A stretch of 64,000 nt of DNA from Pseudomonadota bacterium (GTDB taxonomy: Bacteria; Campylobacterota; Campylobacteria; Campylobacterales; Sulfurospirillaceae): contig JAGDMU010000007.1 of the NCBI GenBank assembly GCA_017860615.1, positions 6,534 to 70,533 of the forward strand, written 5' to 3'. The translations under genes were made by a program, and so were the position numbers. Numbering within the stretch: the first letter of the stretch is position 1; every line of letters starts with the position of its first letter. Below the pieces are notes generated by a model that worked only from the letters and a program-made list of their open reading frames with translations, did no database searches and was not told the origin of the DNA. This document shows, piece by piece, positions 20,522-32,754 of the stretch.

Positions 20522-21838
20522 ATGTTTAAAACTATTTTTCCCCTTAGCCTTATCATTTCACTTCGTTTTTTAGGTCTCTTTATCGTCTTACCTGTCCTTT
20601 CCGTTTACGCGCTTCACTTAGAAGGTTCAAACGAATTTTTAGTGGGCATCACCATCGGTGGATACGCCATTACACAGATGTTACTCCAAATTCCTTTTGG
20701 CATTATGTCCGATAAAATTGGGCGTAAAATCACTATTTTTATTGGTCTGGTTATCTTTTTGATTGGCTCCATCGTCTGTGCGTACAGTGAGACTATTTAT
20801 GGGTTAATGATCGGGCGCTTCCTGCAAGGTGCCGCTGCCATTGGCGCTGTAGGAACGGCGATGATCAGCGATATGGTCAAAGAAGAAGTGCGAGGTCATG
20901 CCATGGCGATCATGGGTGGCTGTATTGCGGCAAGTTTTGCGATCTCTATGATGCTAGGCTCACTCATTGGTGGTTATTACGGTGTCGATAAACTCTTTTT
21001 CATTACCGCAGGACTTTCCATCTTTGCGATCATCGTCCTTTATACTAAAGTACCCAATCCTCCAAAAATTGTTCACCATTATGGTGCAGATGAACGTGAA
21101 CTCAAGCATATTTTAAAAGACCGAAATCTTATGAATATGAACATCACCAACATGCTTCAAAAGGGCATGATGACGCTCGCTTTTATGGTCATTCCCATCA
21201 TTATGGTGCAAGAGTTTGGTTTTGCTAAAAAAGAGCTTTGGATGGTGTATCTGCCAGCGATGGTTTTTGGTGTGCTTGCTATGGGACCTTCCGCTATTTT
21301 AGGTGAGAAAAAACACCGTTCCAAAGAGATGCTAATGATCGGTGTAGCACTCTTTGCCATCAGCTATGTTATGATGGGTTACGCACACGCTGCACCATGG
21401 TTTATCGTGGGCGTCGTCATCTTCTTCATCGGCTTTAATATGCATGAACCTTTGATGCAGTCCATGGCAAGCAAATACGCTAAGGTTCACCAAAAAGGTG
21501 CAGCACTCGGTGTTTTTAACACCTTTGGTTATGCGGGAACATTTATCGGCGGTGTGTTTGGTGGTTATTTCTTGCAACACTTTGGCATTAAAGAGATTGC
21601 ATGGGTTATCTTTATTACCTGTATTCTCTGGCTATTTCTCATAGCCACCCTTAAAAATCCAAGCCACAATAAAAACATCTACCTTCCCTACGACAGCTTT
21701 GATCTCGCACGTGTTGAACATTTACACCATGTTATCGGTGTTGTCGAGTGGTATCGCAATGAAAGTGAACAGCTTTTGGTTGTCAAATACGACTCCAATG
21801 TCACCAACAAAGAGACAATTTTAGCAGTCATATCCTAA
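20522..21838 (+). CDS. MFS transporter (YajR-like)
   Basis: Many hydrophobic segments, motif A GIMSDKIGRK, GRFLQG. Confidence 0.9.
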   Translation: MFKTIFPLSLIISLRFLGLFIVLPVLSVYALHLEGSNEFLVGITIGGYAITQMLLQIPFGIMSDKIGRKITIFIGLVIFLIGSIVCAYSETIYGLMIGRFLQGAAAIGAVGTAMISDMVKEEVRGHAMAIMGGCIAASFAISMMLGSLIGGYYGVDKLFFITAGLSIFAIIVLYTKVPNPPKIVHHYGADERELKHILKDRNLMNMNITNMLQKGMMTLAFMVIPIIMVQEFGFAKKELWMVYLPAMVFGVLAMGPSAILGEKKHRSKEMLMIGVALFAISYVMMGYAHAAPWFIVGVVIFFIGFNMHEPLMQSMASKYAKVHQKGAALGVFNTFGYAGTFIGGVFGGYFLQHFGIKEIAWVIFITCILWLFLIATLKNPSHNKNIYLPYDSFDLARVEHLHHVIGVVEWYRNESEQLLVVKYDSNVTNKETILAVIS

Positions 21839-21841
21839 TCA

Positions 21842-22261
21842 GTGAACTTTCTTTCTCTTTTTCTAACCAGCTTCGCTTCAGCCACACTTTTACCAGGTGG
21901 AAGCGAAGCGCTTTTTGTGTATCTCCTCAGTGAACACTTAAACCCTATTCTGCTTTTAGTTGTCGCTACAATAGGCAATACGCTTGGCTCTTTTGTCAAC
22001 TATATTTTAGGAAAATACGCCACTGACTTTGCCTTATCTAAGGGCTATATGAAAGAGAAACACCTTCAAAAAGCCACATCTCTTTTTGAAAAATACGGCG
22101 CATGGAGCCTGCTTTTTTCATGGCTTCCCATCATCGGCGACCCACTCACCTTTGTCGCTGGCATCGTACACTATGCGTGGTGGAAATTTGTCCTCATCGT
22201 AAGTTTTGCTAAACTGGCTCGGTATATTTTTGTCTATCTTGGCTTTTTAGCCATTTCTTAA
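21842..22261 (+). CDS. YqaA/VTT-family membrane protein
   Basis: ATLLPGGSE, GNTLGS, WLPIIGDPL. Confidence 0.85.
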   Translation: MNFLSLFLTSFASATLLPGGSEALFVYLLSEHLNPILLLVVATIGNTLGSFVNYILGKYATDFALSKGYMKEKHLQKATSLFEKYGAWSLLFSWLPIIGDPLTFVAGIVHYAWWKFVLIVSFAKLARYIFVYLGFLAIS

Positions 22262-22271
22262 AGAGGTACGT

Positions 22272-22502
22272 ATGAACACTCCCATCTCCTGCGAATTTTA
22301 CGACCAATTGATAGTCGCTATTCAGCGTAAAATTCCTTCCACCATTGTCTATCTTGAAAACGAAGAAAAGAGCACGGTTAAAGGTGTTGTCACAGAATTA
22401 ATGATGATCGAGTATGAAGAATTTTTAATGCTAAAAGGTGGAAAAAAGATCAATCTTCAAACGATTTTTTCATTTAATGGGAAGAGGCATAAAGAGGGGT
22501 GA
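22272..22502 (+). CDS. Rof-like (Rho-binding) small protein
   Basis: N-terminal PISCEFYDQL resembles the Rof PINCDDYDNL pattern; 76 aa. Confidence 0.55.
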   Translation: MNTPISCEFYDQLIVAIQRKIPSTIVYLENEEKSTVKGVVTELMMIEYEEFLMLKGGKKINLQTIFSFNGKRHKEG

Positions 22503-22514
22503 GCTAAATTTTCA

Positions 22515-22721
22515 TTAAAACTCATTTCCCTCTATACGATTAACACGAATCTCTACAAAGTCATCATGCTTCGATGCAACATAAATTTCGATAGGACGAC
22601 AGCAGACATAACAGTCTTCAATATAACTCTCACCCACTTCGCTACTGGGTTCAATAAAAATTGAAAAACTCTCCCAACAGTAAGGGCATGTTATGGTTTT
22701 ATCAAACAGTGTGTTATCCAT
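22515..22721 (-). CDS. CPXCG-motif cysteine-rich protein
   Basis: CPYCWE ... YIEDCYVCCRPI. Confidence 0.8.
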   Translation of the reverse strand: MDNTLFDKTITCPYCWESFSIFIEPSSEVGESYIEDCYVCCRPIEIYVASKHDDFVEIRVNRIEGNEF

Positions 22722-22754
22722 AAAAACCTTTCAAAAAAGAGTATTGTCAGACGT

Positions 22755-23972
22755 TTACAAGTCTAACAATACGACATCAACCATCTCGCCTTTTTCGATT
22801 TTTTGGACATCTTTTTCAACGCGTAAGAGAACAGGGTTGTCTAAAAGGTTATTGAGAATGGCGCTACTGCCCTCTTTTTTGCCTTGTAAGTCAACGGTCA
22901 GTTGCCCTTGGTCAAAGCGAAGATTGCAAGCGGTAAATTCCACAAATTTGGAACGTTTTTTATAAAGTTCACCCATAAAAGCCTTAATCGTTGGCAAGGC
23001 AAACGTTTGCGCGCGCATTTTACGAAGCAGTGGAGCAATGAACAAAAAAGTACAGACCGAAGCACTGTAAGGAAAGCCTGGAAGCGCATAGATGTATTTG
23101 TGACCTGTTTTGACGACACGTATGTGACGCCCTGGTTTCATGTACGAGCCATCAATAATATTTTCGATTTTCATATCGGTGAGAATGCTTTGTATAAAGT
23201 CAAAATCTCCCACACTTCCGCCACCTGTGGTGATGACGATGTCACTCCACATGAGTGCTTGTCGGAGTTGTTGCTCTATGAGCGTTTTGTCATCACGGAT
23301 CAGTTTAAAACGCATACACTCACAACCCAATTGGCGTAAAATGGCTTCAACGGTGACGTGATTGGAACTGCGAATTTGGGCATTGGAAACTTTTGGTTCA
23401 CCAAAGTCCAAGATTTCATTGCCTGTAGAGAGAATGGCAACACGAGGCTTCATAAAGACTTCAACTTGCACCATACTCACTTCTGCCATCACACCAATCT
23501 CAGCAAAACCGATCTTCGTGCCTTTTTTGATGAGCACTTCACCCGCTTTATAGTTCTCCCCAACAGGACGAACCGCAAAGCCTTTAGACACAGCCGAAGT
23601 GATGTGAATTTTTCCCTCTTTAACTTCAACATTTTCGATGGGAATCAGCGTATCGCTGCCTTCACTCATCAGCGTACCTGTAAAGGTTTTCACACACTCA
23701 CCTTTATGGACTACACCGTGCGTTTCAGTCCCCGCAGGGATAAAATCGCTAATGATCAATGAGCCTAATTGCTGGTCCTCAAAACGAATAGCATAACCAT
23801 CCATCGAAGAGGTGGTATGAGTTGGATTGTTCTCAGTTGCGACAACATCAACGGCAAGAAAACGCCCCAGTGCATCACCGATGAAAATGTTTTCAATGCC
23901 GATTTCGGTTTTTATGGAGTTTTCAAGTGCTTGTAGCGTTTCATCAAAGGGGAGAAAAGTCTTCTTACTCAT
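22755..23972 (-). CDS. moeA: Molybdopterin molybdotransferase
   Basis: SSMDGYA, STGNEI, SSNH, TTGGGSVG, KPG, ALPGFP. Confidence 0.93.
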   Translation of the reverse strand: MSKKTFLPFDETLQALENSIKTEIGIENIFIGDALGRFLAVDVVATENNPTHTTSSMDGYAIRFEDQQLGSLIISDFIPAGTETHGVVHKGECVKTFTGTLMSEGSDTLIPIENVEVKEGKIHITSAVSKGFAVRPVGENYKAGEVLIKKGTKIGFAEIGVMAEVSMVQVEVFMKPRVAILSTGNEILDFGEPKVSNAQIRSSNHVTVEAILRQLGCECMRFKLIRDDKTLIEQQLRQALMWSDIVITTGGGSVGDFDFIQSILTDMKIENIIDGSYMKPGRHIRVVKTGHKYIYALPGFPYSASVCTFLFIAPLLRKMRAQTFALPTIKAFMGELYKKRSKFVEFTACNLRFDQGQLTVDLQGKKEGSSAILNNLLDNPVLLRVEKDVQKIEKGEMVDVVLLDL

Positions 23973-24415
23973 GCGTCTGCCTTTAAAAGCCCAGAGCCAC
24001 TGAGCACGTGTGAGCGCTCTTTCGCATAAACACGTTTCCCCTCTACCAAATCATACTTCCAAATCGGTGCATTGGCCTTGAAATCTTCGACAAAATCGTT
24101 AATCATTTTAAGTGCCACTTTACGTTTGGGAGAGACTACTGCTGCGATGTAGCTTGAAGTGTGGTTGGGAACATCCCCACGAGAGTGTGCCATCAAAAGA
24201 TACGCATTTTGCTCTCTAGCCTTTTCTTGCCACGTATTAAACCAACTGTTTAAAATAGGCTCATAGATGTCAAAACTTAGCCCTTCGATGCCATCTTCAT
24301 CTCTGACGATGCCTACAAAAGGGATAAATGCACCATAATTTTTATCGCAAATGTGATCGTACCACGATGCTAAAATCGTGTTGACCGATAAAGGTCCATT
24401 GTGAAGTTCAAGCAT
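23969..24415 (-). CDS. moaE: Molybdopterin synthase catalytic subunit
   Basis: FVGIVR, FKANAPIWK. Confidence 0.92.
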   Translation of the reverse strand: MLELHNGPLSVNTILASWYDHICDKNYGAFIPFVGIVRDEDGIEGLSFDIYEPILNSWFNTWQEKAREQNAYLLMAHSRGDVPNHTSSYIAAVVSPKRKVALKMINDFVEDFKANAPIWKYDLVEGKRVYAKERSHVLSGSGLLKADA

Positions 24416-24418
24416 AAC

Positions 24419-24640
24419 TCAACCTCCACAAACAGGAGGTAAAAGGGAGATTTTATCTTCTTTTGAGATGGGGATATTGAGGTCGCAAACAAGGGTGTCA
24501 TTGACAGCAACAGCGCAGATGGCAAGCCAATCTTGAAGTTCTTTATCGTCTTTAAAAAAGGTTTTGAGTTCTTGTAGATTTGCAATATCTACTTCAATGC
24601 TAGGGCGTCCGAGAGGGCCCAAAAATTCGACTTTTGCCAC
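24419..24640 (-). CDS. moaD: Molybdopterin synthase sulfur carrier
   Basis: Ubiquitin-like size, C-terminal PPVCGG. Confidence 0.92.
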   Translation of the reverse strand: MAKVEFLGPLGRPSIEVDIANLQELKTFFKDDKELQDWLAICAVAVNDTLVCDLNIPISKEDKISLLPPVCGG

Positions 24641-24726
24641 GAATGTTCCTTATAAAATATAAGATTTAACCACCAGAGTACTTTGCCTCTTCTTAGGCTA
24701 GCTTTAGGACCCTAGTGGCTAACGTA

Positions 24727-24751
24727 GTCTTTTAGGCAAAGCCCAAAAGAC
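24727..24751 (-). terminator. Terminator hairpin after nifU
   Basis: gtctttt-aggcaaagccc-aaaagac. Confidence 0.55.
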
Positions 24752-24760
24752 GTTATTAAA

Positions 24761-25750
24761 TCAGATAGGTAATATTCGTATATTTTTACTTAATTTCTCT
24801 TGTAGTACAGCTTCAATCGCAAAAAGTGTGCCCGTAGAGCTACTTGCACAACCGCTACATGCGCCAAGATAGCGAATGTAAACATCGGTCATACCATCAT
24901 CACCTTGTTTAATGTCAAGAATTTCGAGGTTACCACCATCCATAACAAGCATTGGGCGGATATTTTCATCAATCACCGCTTCAATTTGTTGGAATTTTTT
25001 AACAACGGTCAAATCATCAAAGCTAACCGTATTGCTACCTTCAATTTTTGAATTAGAAATAGCGAGCAAATGGTCATGTTCCATCTCAGCTCTCGTATCT
25101 CTTAAAATGTCAACAAGGTAATACTCTCTTGCCTCATGCCCACCAGGCTTGATACAGGATTTACAAAATGCACCTGCTTTGGTGTAATTGGTGATCTCTT
25201 CAACCGTTTTGAGGTTGTTGATTTTGATGACTTCTTTAATCGTACCAAGGCTCACACGTGCACATTCACAGACGATAATGTCATCTTCAAATGAAGCAGC
25301 ATCCACGCCTTTAAACGAAGCTGCCGCTGCCTTGATAACATCGTATGCCATAACAGAGCAGTGCATTTTTTGAGGTGGAACCGCAGGAATATCTGGCGTG
25401 TCGCGCATCGCTTTTTCAACGTCAATATTGGTGATTTTAACCGCTTCAGAAACCGTTTTACCCTTACAAAGTTCTGCCATTGTGTCAGAACTTGCAATCG
25501 CAGTACCGCAACCAAAACTTTTGAATTTTGCCGCTTTGATCACTTCGGTTGCTTCATCAACGATCCAGTAAAGTCTGACCGCATCACCACAACTCTCCGC
25601 ACCAAAATCGGCGATAATGAGCTTTCCACCCATATTTTTAGCATCTTCTTCTGTGAGCTCACCCATGTTTTGGGGGTGGTTCATCAAATCTTGTACTTTT
25701 TGGCTGTATTCCTCCCAAATGGAGCCGCCAATTAAACTATTTTTTGCCAT
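24761..25750 (-). CDS. nifU: NifU-type Fe-S scaffold protein
   Basis: SCGDAVRL, FGCGTAIASS, KMHCSVM, CECARV, GAFCKSC, GACSGC. Confidence 0.95.
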   Translation of the reverse strand: MAKNSLIGGSIWEEYSQKVQDLMNHPQNMGELTEEDAKNMGGKLIIADFGAESCGDAVRLYWIVDEATEVIKAAKFKSFGCGTAIASSDTMAELCKGKTVSEAVKITNIDVEKAMRDTPDIPAVPPQKMHCSVMAYDVIKAAAASFKGVDAASFEDDIIVCECARVSLGTIKEVIKINNLKTVEEITNYTKAGAFCKSCIKPGGHEAREYYLVDILRDTRAEMEHDHLLAISNSKIEGSNTVSFDDLTVVKKFQQIEAVIDENIRPMLVMDGGNLEILDIKQGDDGMTDVYIRYLGACSGCASSSTGTLFAIEAVLQEKLSKNIRILPI

Positions 25751-25776
25751 TTTTTTATCCTCTATTCGTTATTGAA

Positions 25777-26985
<1,209 letters not shown>

Positions 26986-27059
26986 CTATATAGGATAAAC
27001 TTTATCCTAATTAATTTCTGAATACTATTACTTTCTATATTAAAAAATACTAAAAAAAA

Positions 27060-28364
27060 TTAAGCAATGATCTGTTTTAACTCAGAAATCGTTGCGTCAA
27101 ATTCAAAAACCTCTTCAGGGCTTTGTTGTAAAAAACCATTCATTTTATCTTTCTTGTTAATAGCGATATCTAACTCTTTATCGTTACCTTTTTCATACGC
27201 ACCAATACGGATCAAAACTTCATTTTCTTTCAAAATGGAATTGAGTCGTTTAAAACGCATCGCCGCTTTTTTATGATCTCCATCGATGACATCGCCCATA
27301 ACCCTTGAAGCACTGTTTTGAATGCTAATCGGTGGGTAAATACCATAATCCGTAAGCTCACGACTGAGAACAATATGACCATCCAAAATACTCCTGGACT
27401 GATCGGCAATTGGATCACTTAGATCATCGCCCTCAACCAATACTGTAAAGAACGCGGTAATAGAGCCTTTGCCTTCCTCTTTTCCTGCTCGTTCCATGAG
27501 TTGAGGAAGAAGTGCTAAAACCGAAGGTGGATACCCTTTTGAGGTTGGAGGTTCACCTAAAGCAAGGCCAATTTCACGTTGTGCCATCGCAAAACGTGTC
27601 ACAGAATCCATCATAAACAGAACATCTCTGCCTTGATTTTTAAAATACTCTGCGATACTCATCGCACTAAAGGCACCATACTTTCGCATTAAAGGCGAAT
27701 CGTCGCTGGTTGCAACAACAATCACCGTATTAGCAAGATCACCACCTAGGTTTTTCTCGATAAACTCAGGAACCTCACGTCCGCGCTCACCGATAAGGGC
27801 AACCACTTTAATGGGTGCTTCAGACCCTCGGACGATCATACCCATCAGTGTGGACTTACCCACACCACTTCCCGCGAAAATACCCATTTTCTGACCCTTA
27901 CCACACGTCAAAAGCCCATCAATGGTTTTAACACCAACACGAAATGGCTCGTTAATGAGTCCTCTTTTCATCGGATCCAGTGGCGCTTTCATGATAGGTG
28001 CCATAGACGTTGCACCTATCGTTCCTTTGCCGTCTTTGGGGCGAATAAACGGATCAACCACGCGACCAAGGAGCTCTTCACCTACAGGAATCATCATTCC
28101 CTGCTCACTGATAAACACTTTATCGCCTGTTTTAAACCCTTCGATAAAGCCAAAAGGAGAGATAAAAAAGGAGTTACGATCCACTTCTGTAATCATGCCA
28201 AGCTCACTTTTTTTACCATCCAAAGAGACAATTTTGACAATATCCCCAATACTCGGTCTTAGCCCACACGCCTCAATCGTCGTGGAGCTAATTTTGGTAA
28301 TCGTGCCAAACATAGGAGAGAGGCTTTTGCCGTGAAGTTTTTCTTTAAGGCGCGCTAGTGGCAT
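27060..28364 (-). CDS. fliI: Flagellar export ATPase
   Basis: AGSGVGKST, IGERGREV, MDSVTRFAMAQREIG. Confidence 0.95.
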   Translation of the reverse strand: MPLARLKEKLHGKSLSPMFGTITKISSTTIEACGLRPSIGDIVKIVSLDGKKSELGMITEVDRNSFFISPFGFIEGFKTGDKVFISEQGMMIPVGEELLGRVVDPFIRPKDGKGTIGATSMAPIMKAPLDPMKRGLINEPFRVGVKTIDGLLTCGKGQKMGIFAGSGVGKSTLMGMIVRGSEAPIKVVALIGERGREVPEFIEKNLGGDLANTVIVVATSDDSPLMRKYGAFSAMSIAEYFKNQGRDVLFMMDSVTRFAMAQREIGLALGEPPTSKGYPPSVLALLPQLMERAGKEEGKGSITAFFTVLVEGDDLSDPIADQSRSILDGHIVLSRELTDYGIYPPISIQNSASRVMGDVIDGDHKKAAMRFKRLNSILKENEVLIRIGAYEKGNDKELDIAINKKDKMNGFLQQSPEEVFEFDATISELKQIIA

Positions 28365-28939
28365 TAGTAGCGATTTGCCTGTGGTGCGTTGATAATATCA
28401 AAAAACTCTTTCCTCGTATCTGCTTTGAGAAAGAGCCCTCGAAGTGCTGATGTGGTAGTGTTAGAGTGTGTTTTTTCAACCCCTCTCATCTCCATGCACA
28501 TATGACGCGCTTGGATGACAACACCCACCCCTTTTGGAGCGATAACATCATCTATGGCTTTAGCGATTTGCTCGGTCAGTTGTTCTTGAATTTGGAGACG
28601 ACGTGCAAAAATGTCAACCATACGTGGAATTTTGGAGAGCCCAACAACTTTTCCATTCGGAATGTAGGCAACATGAGCACGACCAATAATCGGTAAAAGG
28701 TGATGTTCACACATCGAATAAAACTCTATATCTTTAATCAATACCATTTGATTATTGTCGCTCGCAAAAAGTGCTTCACCCAAGACTTCATTGGGACTTT
28801 GATGATACCCTTGTGTCATATATTCATACGCTTTAAAAACACGTGTTGGTGTTTTTAAAAGCCCTTCTCTATGGGTGTTTTCACCAATTATTTCGAGCAT
28901 TGTTTTGACAGCTTGTTCAAACTCTTCTTGTCTGTGCAT
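28364..28939 (-). CDS. folE: GTP cyclohydrolase I
   Basis: [29 protein letters not shown]. Confidence 0.97.
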   Translation of the reverse strand: MHRQEEFEQAVKTMLEIIGENTHREGLLKTPTRVFKAYEYMTQGYHQSPNEVLGEALFASDNNQMVLIKDIEFYSMCEHHLLPIIGRAHVAYIPNGKVVGLSKIPRMVDIFARRLQIQEQLTEQIAKAIDDVIAPKGVGVVIQARHMCMEMRGVEKTHSNTTTSALRGLFLKADTRKEFFDIINAPQANRY

Positions 28940-29067
28940 TGTGATTCACTTCTGTTAAAATTAAGACGAGATATTTTATCTCTATTTTGCTTTTTAATGG
29001 ATAAAAAGCGACTTAAAAGCAATTTTTTGGTATATTTGAGCAAAATTTTATATCGAAAAGGGATTTT

Positions 29068-30366
29068 ATGCAAATTAAAGTTAACCGTACAAATAGTGCT
29101 AATGCTGCAGTTGAGGCAACCATTTCACCTGCACTTTTACAAAAGAAAGAAGAGAAGATGATTGCATCGGCTGCTTCAAATATGAAAGTGGATGGTTTTA
29201 GAAAAGGAAAGGTTCCTACACATATCGTTAAAGCACGCTACGGCAAACAACTCAAAGAAGATGCACAAACAGAAGCACTTAGAGAGCTTTACACTAAAGC
29301 TTTGGCAGAACTTGATGTTAAAGCTGACTTCGTTGTAGGAGAGCCTAGTTTTTCTAAATTTGAAGAAAAAGATGGCGGTTTAGAGCTTGTGATGAAACTT
29401 TCATTTAGACCAACTGTCAATGTTGATGGCTATAAAGAGTGCGTACCTGAATACAAAGCTCCAAAAGTAACCAAAAAAGAGATTAGCGAGAGACTTGAAA
29501 AAACTTTGGCATTGGTTGCTGATCTTAAAACCGTCGAAGAAAAAAGAGCCGTTAAATCGGGCGATTTCGTTGTCATCGATTTTGAAGGCTTCTTAGATGG
29601 TGTTGCATTTGAAGGTGGTAAAGCAGAAGGCTATACACTTGAAATCGGCAGTAACTCTTTCATCCCAGGTTTTGAAGATGGTATCGTCGGTATGAAAGTA
29701 AGCGCTAAAGCAAAAGAGATCGCTGTAACTTTCCCAGAAAACTATGGCAACAAAGACCTTGCGGGCAAACCAACCACCTTTAAAGTGATCCTCAAAGAGA
29801 TTAAAGTTAAAGATATCCCTGAGACTCCAAGCGAAGAGATGATTAAAAAACTTCTTCCAGGCGTAGAAAACCCAACACTTGAAGTACTTGAAGAACAAAT
29901 CGAAACTGAAATCCGCAATGAGAAACTTGCAAAACTTTTCAATGAAGACGTTAAACCTAAATTTGTTGAAAATGTTTTAGAGAAAATTGCACTTGACCTT
30001 CCAGAGAACATTGTTGACCAAGAAATTGATCTTCAAATGAGAAGTGTTTTTGGAAAACTCAGCGAAGATGAGATCAAAGAGTTTGCAGGCAATCCAGAGA
30101 AAATTAAAGAGAAAAGAGAAGAATTTAGAGCTGAAGCAGAAAAAAGTGTTAAACTTACCTTCATTGTTGACGAGTTAGCAAAACAAGAGAGTATCAACGT
30201 CAGTGACCAAGAAGTCCTACAAATGATCTACTTTGAAGCAATGCAACAAGGTGCTAATCCAAAAGAATACCTAGAGTTTTATGAGAAACAAGGCGTTCTT
30301 CCTGCAATTAAAATGTCTATTATCGAAGAGAGACTCTTCACCAAGCTTTTTACTAAAGGTAAATAA
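29068..30366 (+). CDS. tig: Trigger factor
   Basis: [12 protein letters not shown] domain IDFEG...FIPGFEDG. Confidence 0.97.
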   Translation: MQIKVNRTNSANAAVEATISPALLQKKEEKMIASAASNMKVDGFRKGKVPTHIVKARYGKQLKEDAQTEALRELYTKALAELDVKADFVVGEPSFSKFEEKDGGLELVMKLSFRPTVNVDGYKECVPEYKAPKVTKKEISERLEKTLALVADLKTVEEKRAVKSGDFVVIDFEGFLDGVAFEGGKAEGYTLEIGSNSFIPGFEDGIVGMKVSAKAKEIAVTFPENYGNKDLAGKPTTFKVILKEIKVKDIPETPSEEMIKKLLPGVENPTLEVLEEQIETEIRNEKLAKLFNEDVKPKFVENVLEKIALDLPENIVDQEIDLQMRSVFGKLSEDEIKEFAGNPEKIKEKREEFRAEAEKSVKLTFIVDELAKQESINVSDQEVLQMIYFEAMQQGANPKEYLEFYEKQGVLPAIKMSIIEERLFTKLFTKGK

Positions 30367-30956
30367 TGAGCTATTATGTTCCTGTCGTTATCGAAAAAAC
30401 TGGTAGAGGCGAGAGAAGTTACGATATCTACTCTCGCCTTTTAAAAGATCGTATCATTATGCTCAGTGGTGAGATTAATGATGTTGTTGCTTCTTCAATT
30501 GTTGCACAGCTACTTTTCCTTGAAGCGGAAGATCCTGAAAAAGATATTTATCTTTACATCAACTCCCCCGGTGGAGTTATTACCAGTGGCTTTAGCATCT
30601 ACGATACAATGAACTATGTCAGACCTGACATTAGTACCATTTGTATTGGTCAGGCTGCTTCGATGGGAGCATTTCTGCTAAGCTCTGGTGCTAAAGGTAA
30701 GCGTTATGCTCTTCCTAATGCACGTATTATGATTCACCAACCACTGGGTGGTGCTCAAGGGCAAGCAACCGATATTGAAATCCAAGCCAAAGAGATTTTA
30801 CGCATGAAACAAGTGCTCAATGAAATTTTGGCAAAAAATTGTTCACAGAAACTTCCAAAAATCATTAAAGATACTGAGAGAGATTTTTTCATGAGTGCGG
30901 AAGAGTCATGTGAATATGGCTTAATTGATAAAGTATTAGATAAAAGTTTTAAATAA
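30366..30956 (+). CDS. clpP: ClpP protease
   Basis: [30 protein letters not shown]. Confidence 0.98.
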   Translation: MSYYVPVVIEKTGRGERSYDIYSRLLKDRIIMLSGEINDVVASSIVAQLLFLEAEDPEKDIYLYINSPGGVITSGFSIYDTMNYVRPDISTICIGQAASMGAFLLSSGAKGKRYALPNARIMIHQPLGGAQGQATDIEIQAKEILRMKQVLNEILAKNCSQKLPKIIKDTERDFFMSAEESCEYGLIDKVLDKSFK

Positions 30957-30976
30957 CATAGAAAAGAAGGCAAACA

Positions 30977-32068
30977 ATGGTTCGTTTCAATAAAGAAAAA
31001 GGGAAAACGGGTGTTTATAATATCGATGTCAAGGATGATATGATCGAGCAAGCCCCGCCACCATCACCTCCAAAAGAGCCTATTGTAACCCAAGCATCCA
31101 ACAGTGAGCTTGAAAAATTTGCCACCTTAGTATTAAAGGTGTTGGGAGATGAGAATATTCCTCCCACACCCACTAATTTTCAGATCTATTTTGACAAACT
31201 TTTAGAGAGTAAACCTGCTGCTTTTAAAAAGCGTATTAATGACTTTTTGGAGCTTGAAGGTACGAATAATGATGAAAATCATGCACGTATTGAGCGTGAA
31301 GTCAAAGAGGGTTTTGCACAGATCAAAAATATCATGCAAGTGGTTTCTACAGTGTATCGCAACCTCAATGTCATGCAAGAGATTATTAAAAAGCGCTCAA
31401 CACAGTTAGAGACGAATTCTAATCCTCTTTCCATTCAAAATATTATCTCCTCTTTGAGTGAAGATCTTAACAAAATGTTTGGTTTAACGACAAAACAAAT
31501 TGATCTTTTAAAAGATTATTATCAAAAAACAACAACCATTTTACAAGAGGTCGATAACCAATCTATTTTTGATGTTAAGTACGGTGTTTACAATCGTCGT
31601 TACCTCTTAAAATCGCTTCAGGATGAGATCAAACTCATTAAAAACTATGCGCATCCAAGCTCTTTGGTTTTGGCGCGTGTTAAAGAAGATACGCTAGAAA
31701 AAATTGTGAATAAAAAAGATAAAGATACCGTTGTACGCAACATTGCCAAACTCCTTTTAAAAACGTCTCGCAGAAGCGATGTTGTGGCTCATTTTGGGGA
31801 TGGTATTTTTGCAATGATTCTCAAACATACTGATATTGTAGGTGCTAAAAAAGCGTGTGATCGTATCAGCGAACTTGTCTATCAAACCAGCTTTTTCGTA
31901 GGAACGGGCGAAGTTGAAACTGATATTGAGCTTGCCATTGTATCTCTTGATACAGATCATAATGCTGAAGAATTTATTGCAGCAACCCTTGAAGAACTCC
32001 CACATACAGGCAAAAAATATGTTCCGTATATTGTCTGTACGCCGTCCCTTCCAAGCGAGGAGCTATGA
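30977..32068 (+). CDS. Coiled-coil protein with a degenerate GGDEF-like domain
   Basis: DVKYGVYNRRYL and RRSDVVAHFGDGIFAMIL match the GGDEF fold without the GG(D/E)EF signature. Confidence 0.7.
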   Translation: MVRFNKEKGKTGVYNIDVKDDMIEQAPPPSPPKEPIVTQASNSELEKFATLVLKVLGDENIPPTPTNFQIYFDKLLESKPAAFKKRINDFLELEGTNNDENHARIEREVKEGFAQIKNIMQVVSTVYRNLNVMQEIIKKRSTQLETNSNPLSIQNIISSLSEDLNKMFGLTTKQIDLLKDYYQKTTTILQEVDNQSIFDVKYGVYNRRYLLKSLQDEIKLIKNYAHPSSLVLARVKEDTLEKIVNKKDKDTVVRNIAKLLLKTSRRSDVVAHFGDGIFAMILKHTDIVGAKKACDRISELVYQTSFFVGTGEVETDIELAIVSLDTDHNAEEFIAATLEELPHTGKKYVPYIVCTPSLPSEEL

Positions 32069-32580
32069 TTAGAGAGGTATTAGTTTATCCCAATAAGCTT
32101 CTACGTGAAACTTCTAAAGATGTCACGCACTTTGATGCACATCTGCACACGCTTTTGCAAGATATGTACGATACTATGGTTTGCAGAGAAGGCATTGGAC
32201 TTGCTGCGATTCAAATCGGAGTGCCATTAAACGTATTGCTTATTAACCTTGTCGATGACGATGGTGCTCAATTGATCGAAAATCTCTATGAAATCATCAA
32301 TCCTGTTATCCTTGCGAAAGATGGTTTAACCATCTATCAAGAAGGCTGTTTGAGTGTTCCAGGGTATTACGATGAAGTTGAACGTGCTGCCCATATTAAA
32401 GTTGCTTACTTTGATAGAAATGGCAACCGACATGAAGAAGAGTTTACCGATCTTATGGCAATTGCCGTGCAACACGAAATGGATCATCTTAAAGGTCGTC
32501 TTTTTATCGAAAAACTCTCTTACTTAAAACGTAAAAAATTTGAAAAAGAGTGGAAAAAAAAGCAAAAAGTAGGTAAATAA
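32065..32580 (+). CDS. def: Peptide deformylase
   Basis: GIGLAAIQ, EGCLS, HEMDH. Confidence 0.98.
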   Translation: MIREVLVYPNKLLRETSKDVTHFDAHLHTLLQDMYDTMVCREGIGLAAIQIGVPLNVLLINLVDDDGAQLIENLYEIINPVILAKDGLTIYQEGCLSVPGYYDEVERAAHIKVAYFDRNGNRHEEEFTDLMAIAVQHEMDHLKGRLFIEKLSYLKRKKFEKEWKKKQKVGK

Positions 32581-32582
32581 CC

Positions 32583-32748
32583 GTGGAAGAAGCTGTCGCA
32601 CTTTCCAAGGTAAAACACGCTAAGTGCGCCACGTTATACGGCAACAAAGCTTATGAGGTTGATGTCGAATCAACCTTAGTACGAGCCTTACCAGGCTTTA
32701 GTATCGTAGGAATCGCCGACCAATCCATCCAGGAGTCACGTGAACGTA
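32583..32748 (+). pseudogene. comM: comM (YifB/Mg-chelatase-like) 5' fragment, interrupted by the transposon
   Basis: CATLYG...VDVE...LPGFSIVGIADQSIQESRER; joins IKSAL at 54262 in frame once the element and one ACGTA copy are removed. Confidence 0.93.
32744..32748 (+). repeat. Target-site duplication ACGTA, left copy
   Basis: gaACGTA|tgtt; matches 54257-54261. Confidence 0.92.
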
Positions 32749-32754
32749 TGTTAA

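Noticed and set aside
24669-24719. Moco riboswitch upstream of moaD (stem gccactag/ctggtggt enclosing a gcct/aggc hairpin on the minus strand)
   Set aside because: Pairing is possible, but the region is short, abuts the nifU terminator and cannot be matched to the Moco consensus by eye. An Infernal search would settle it.
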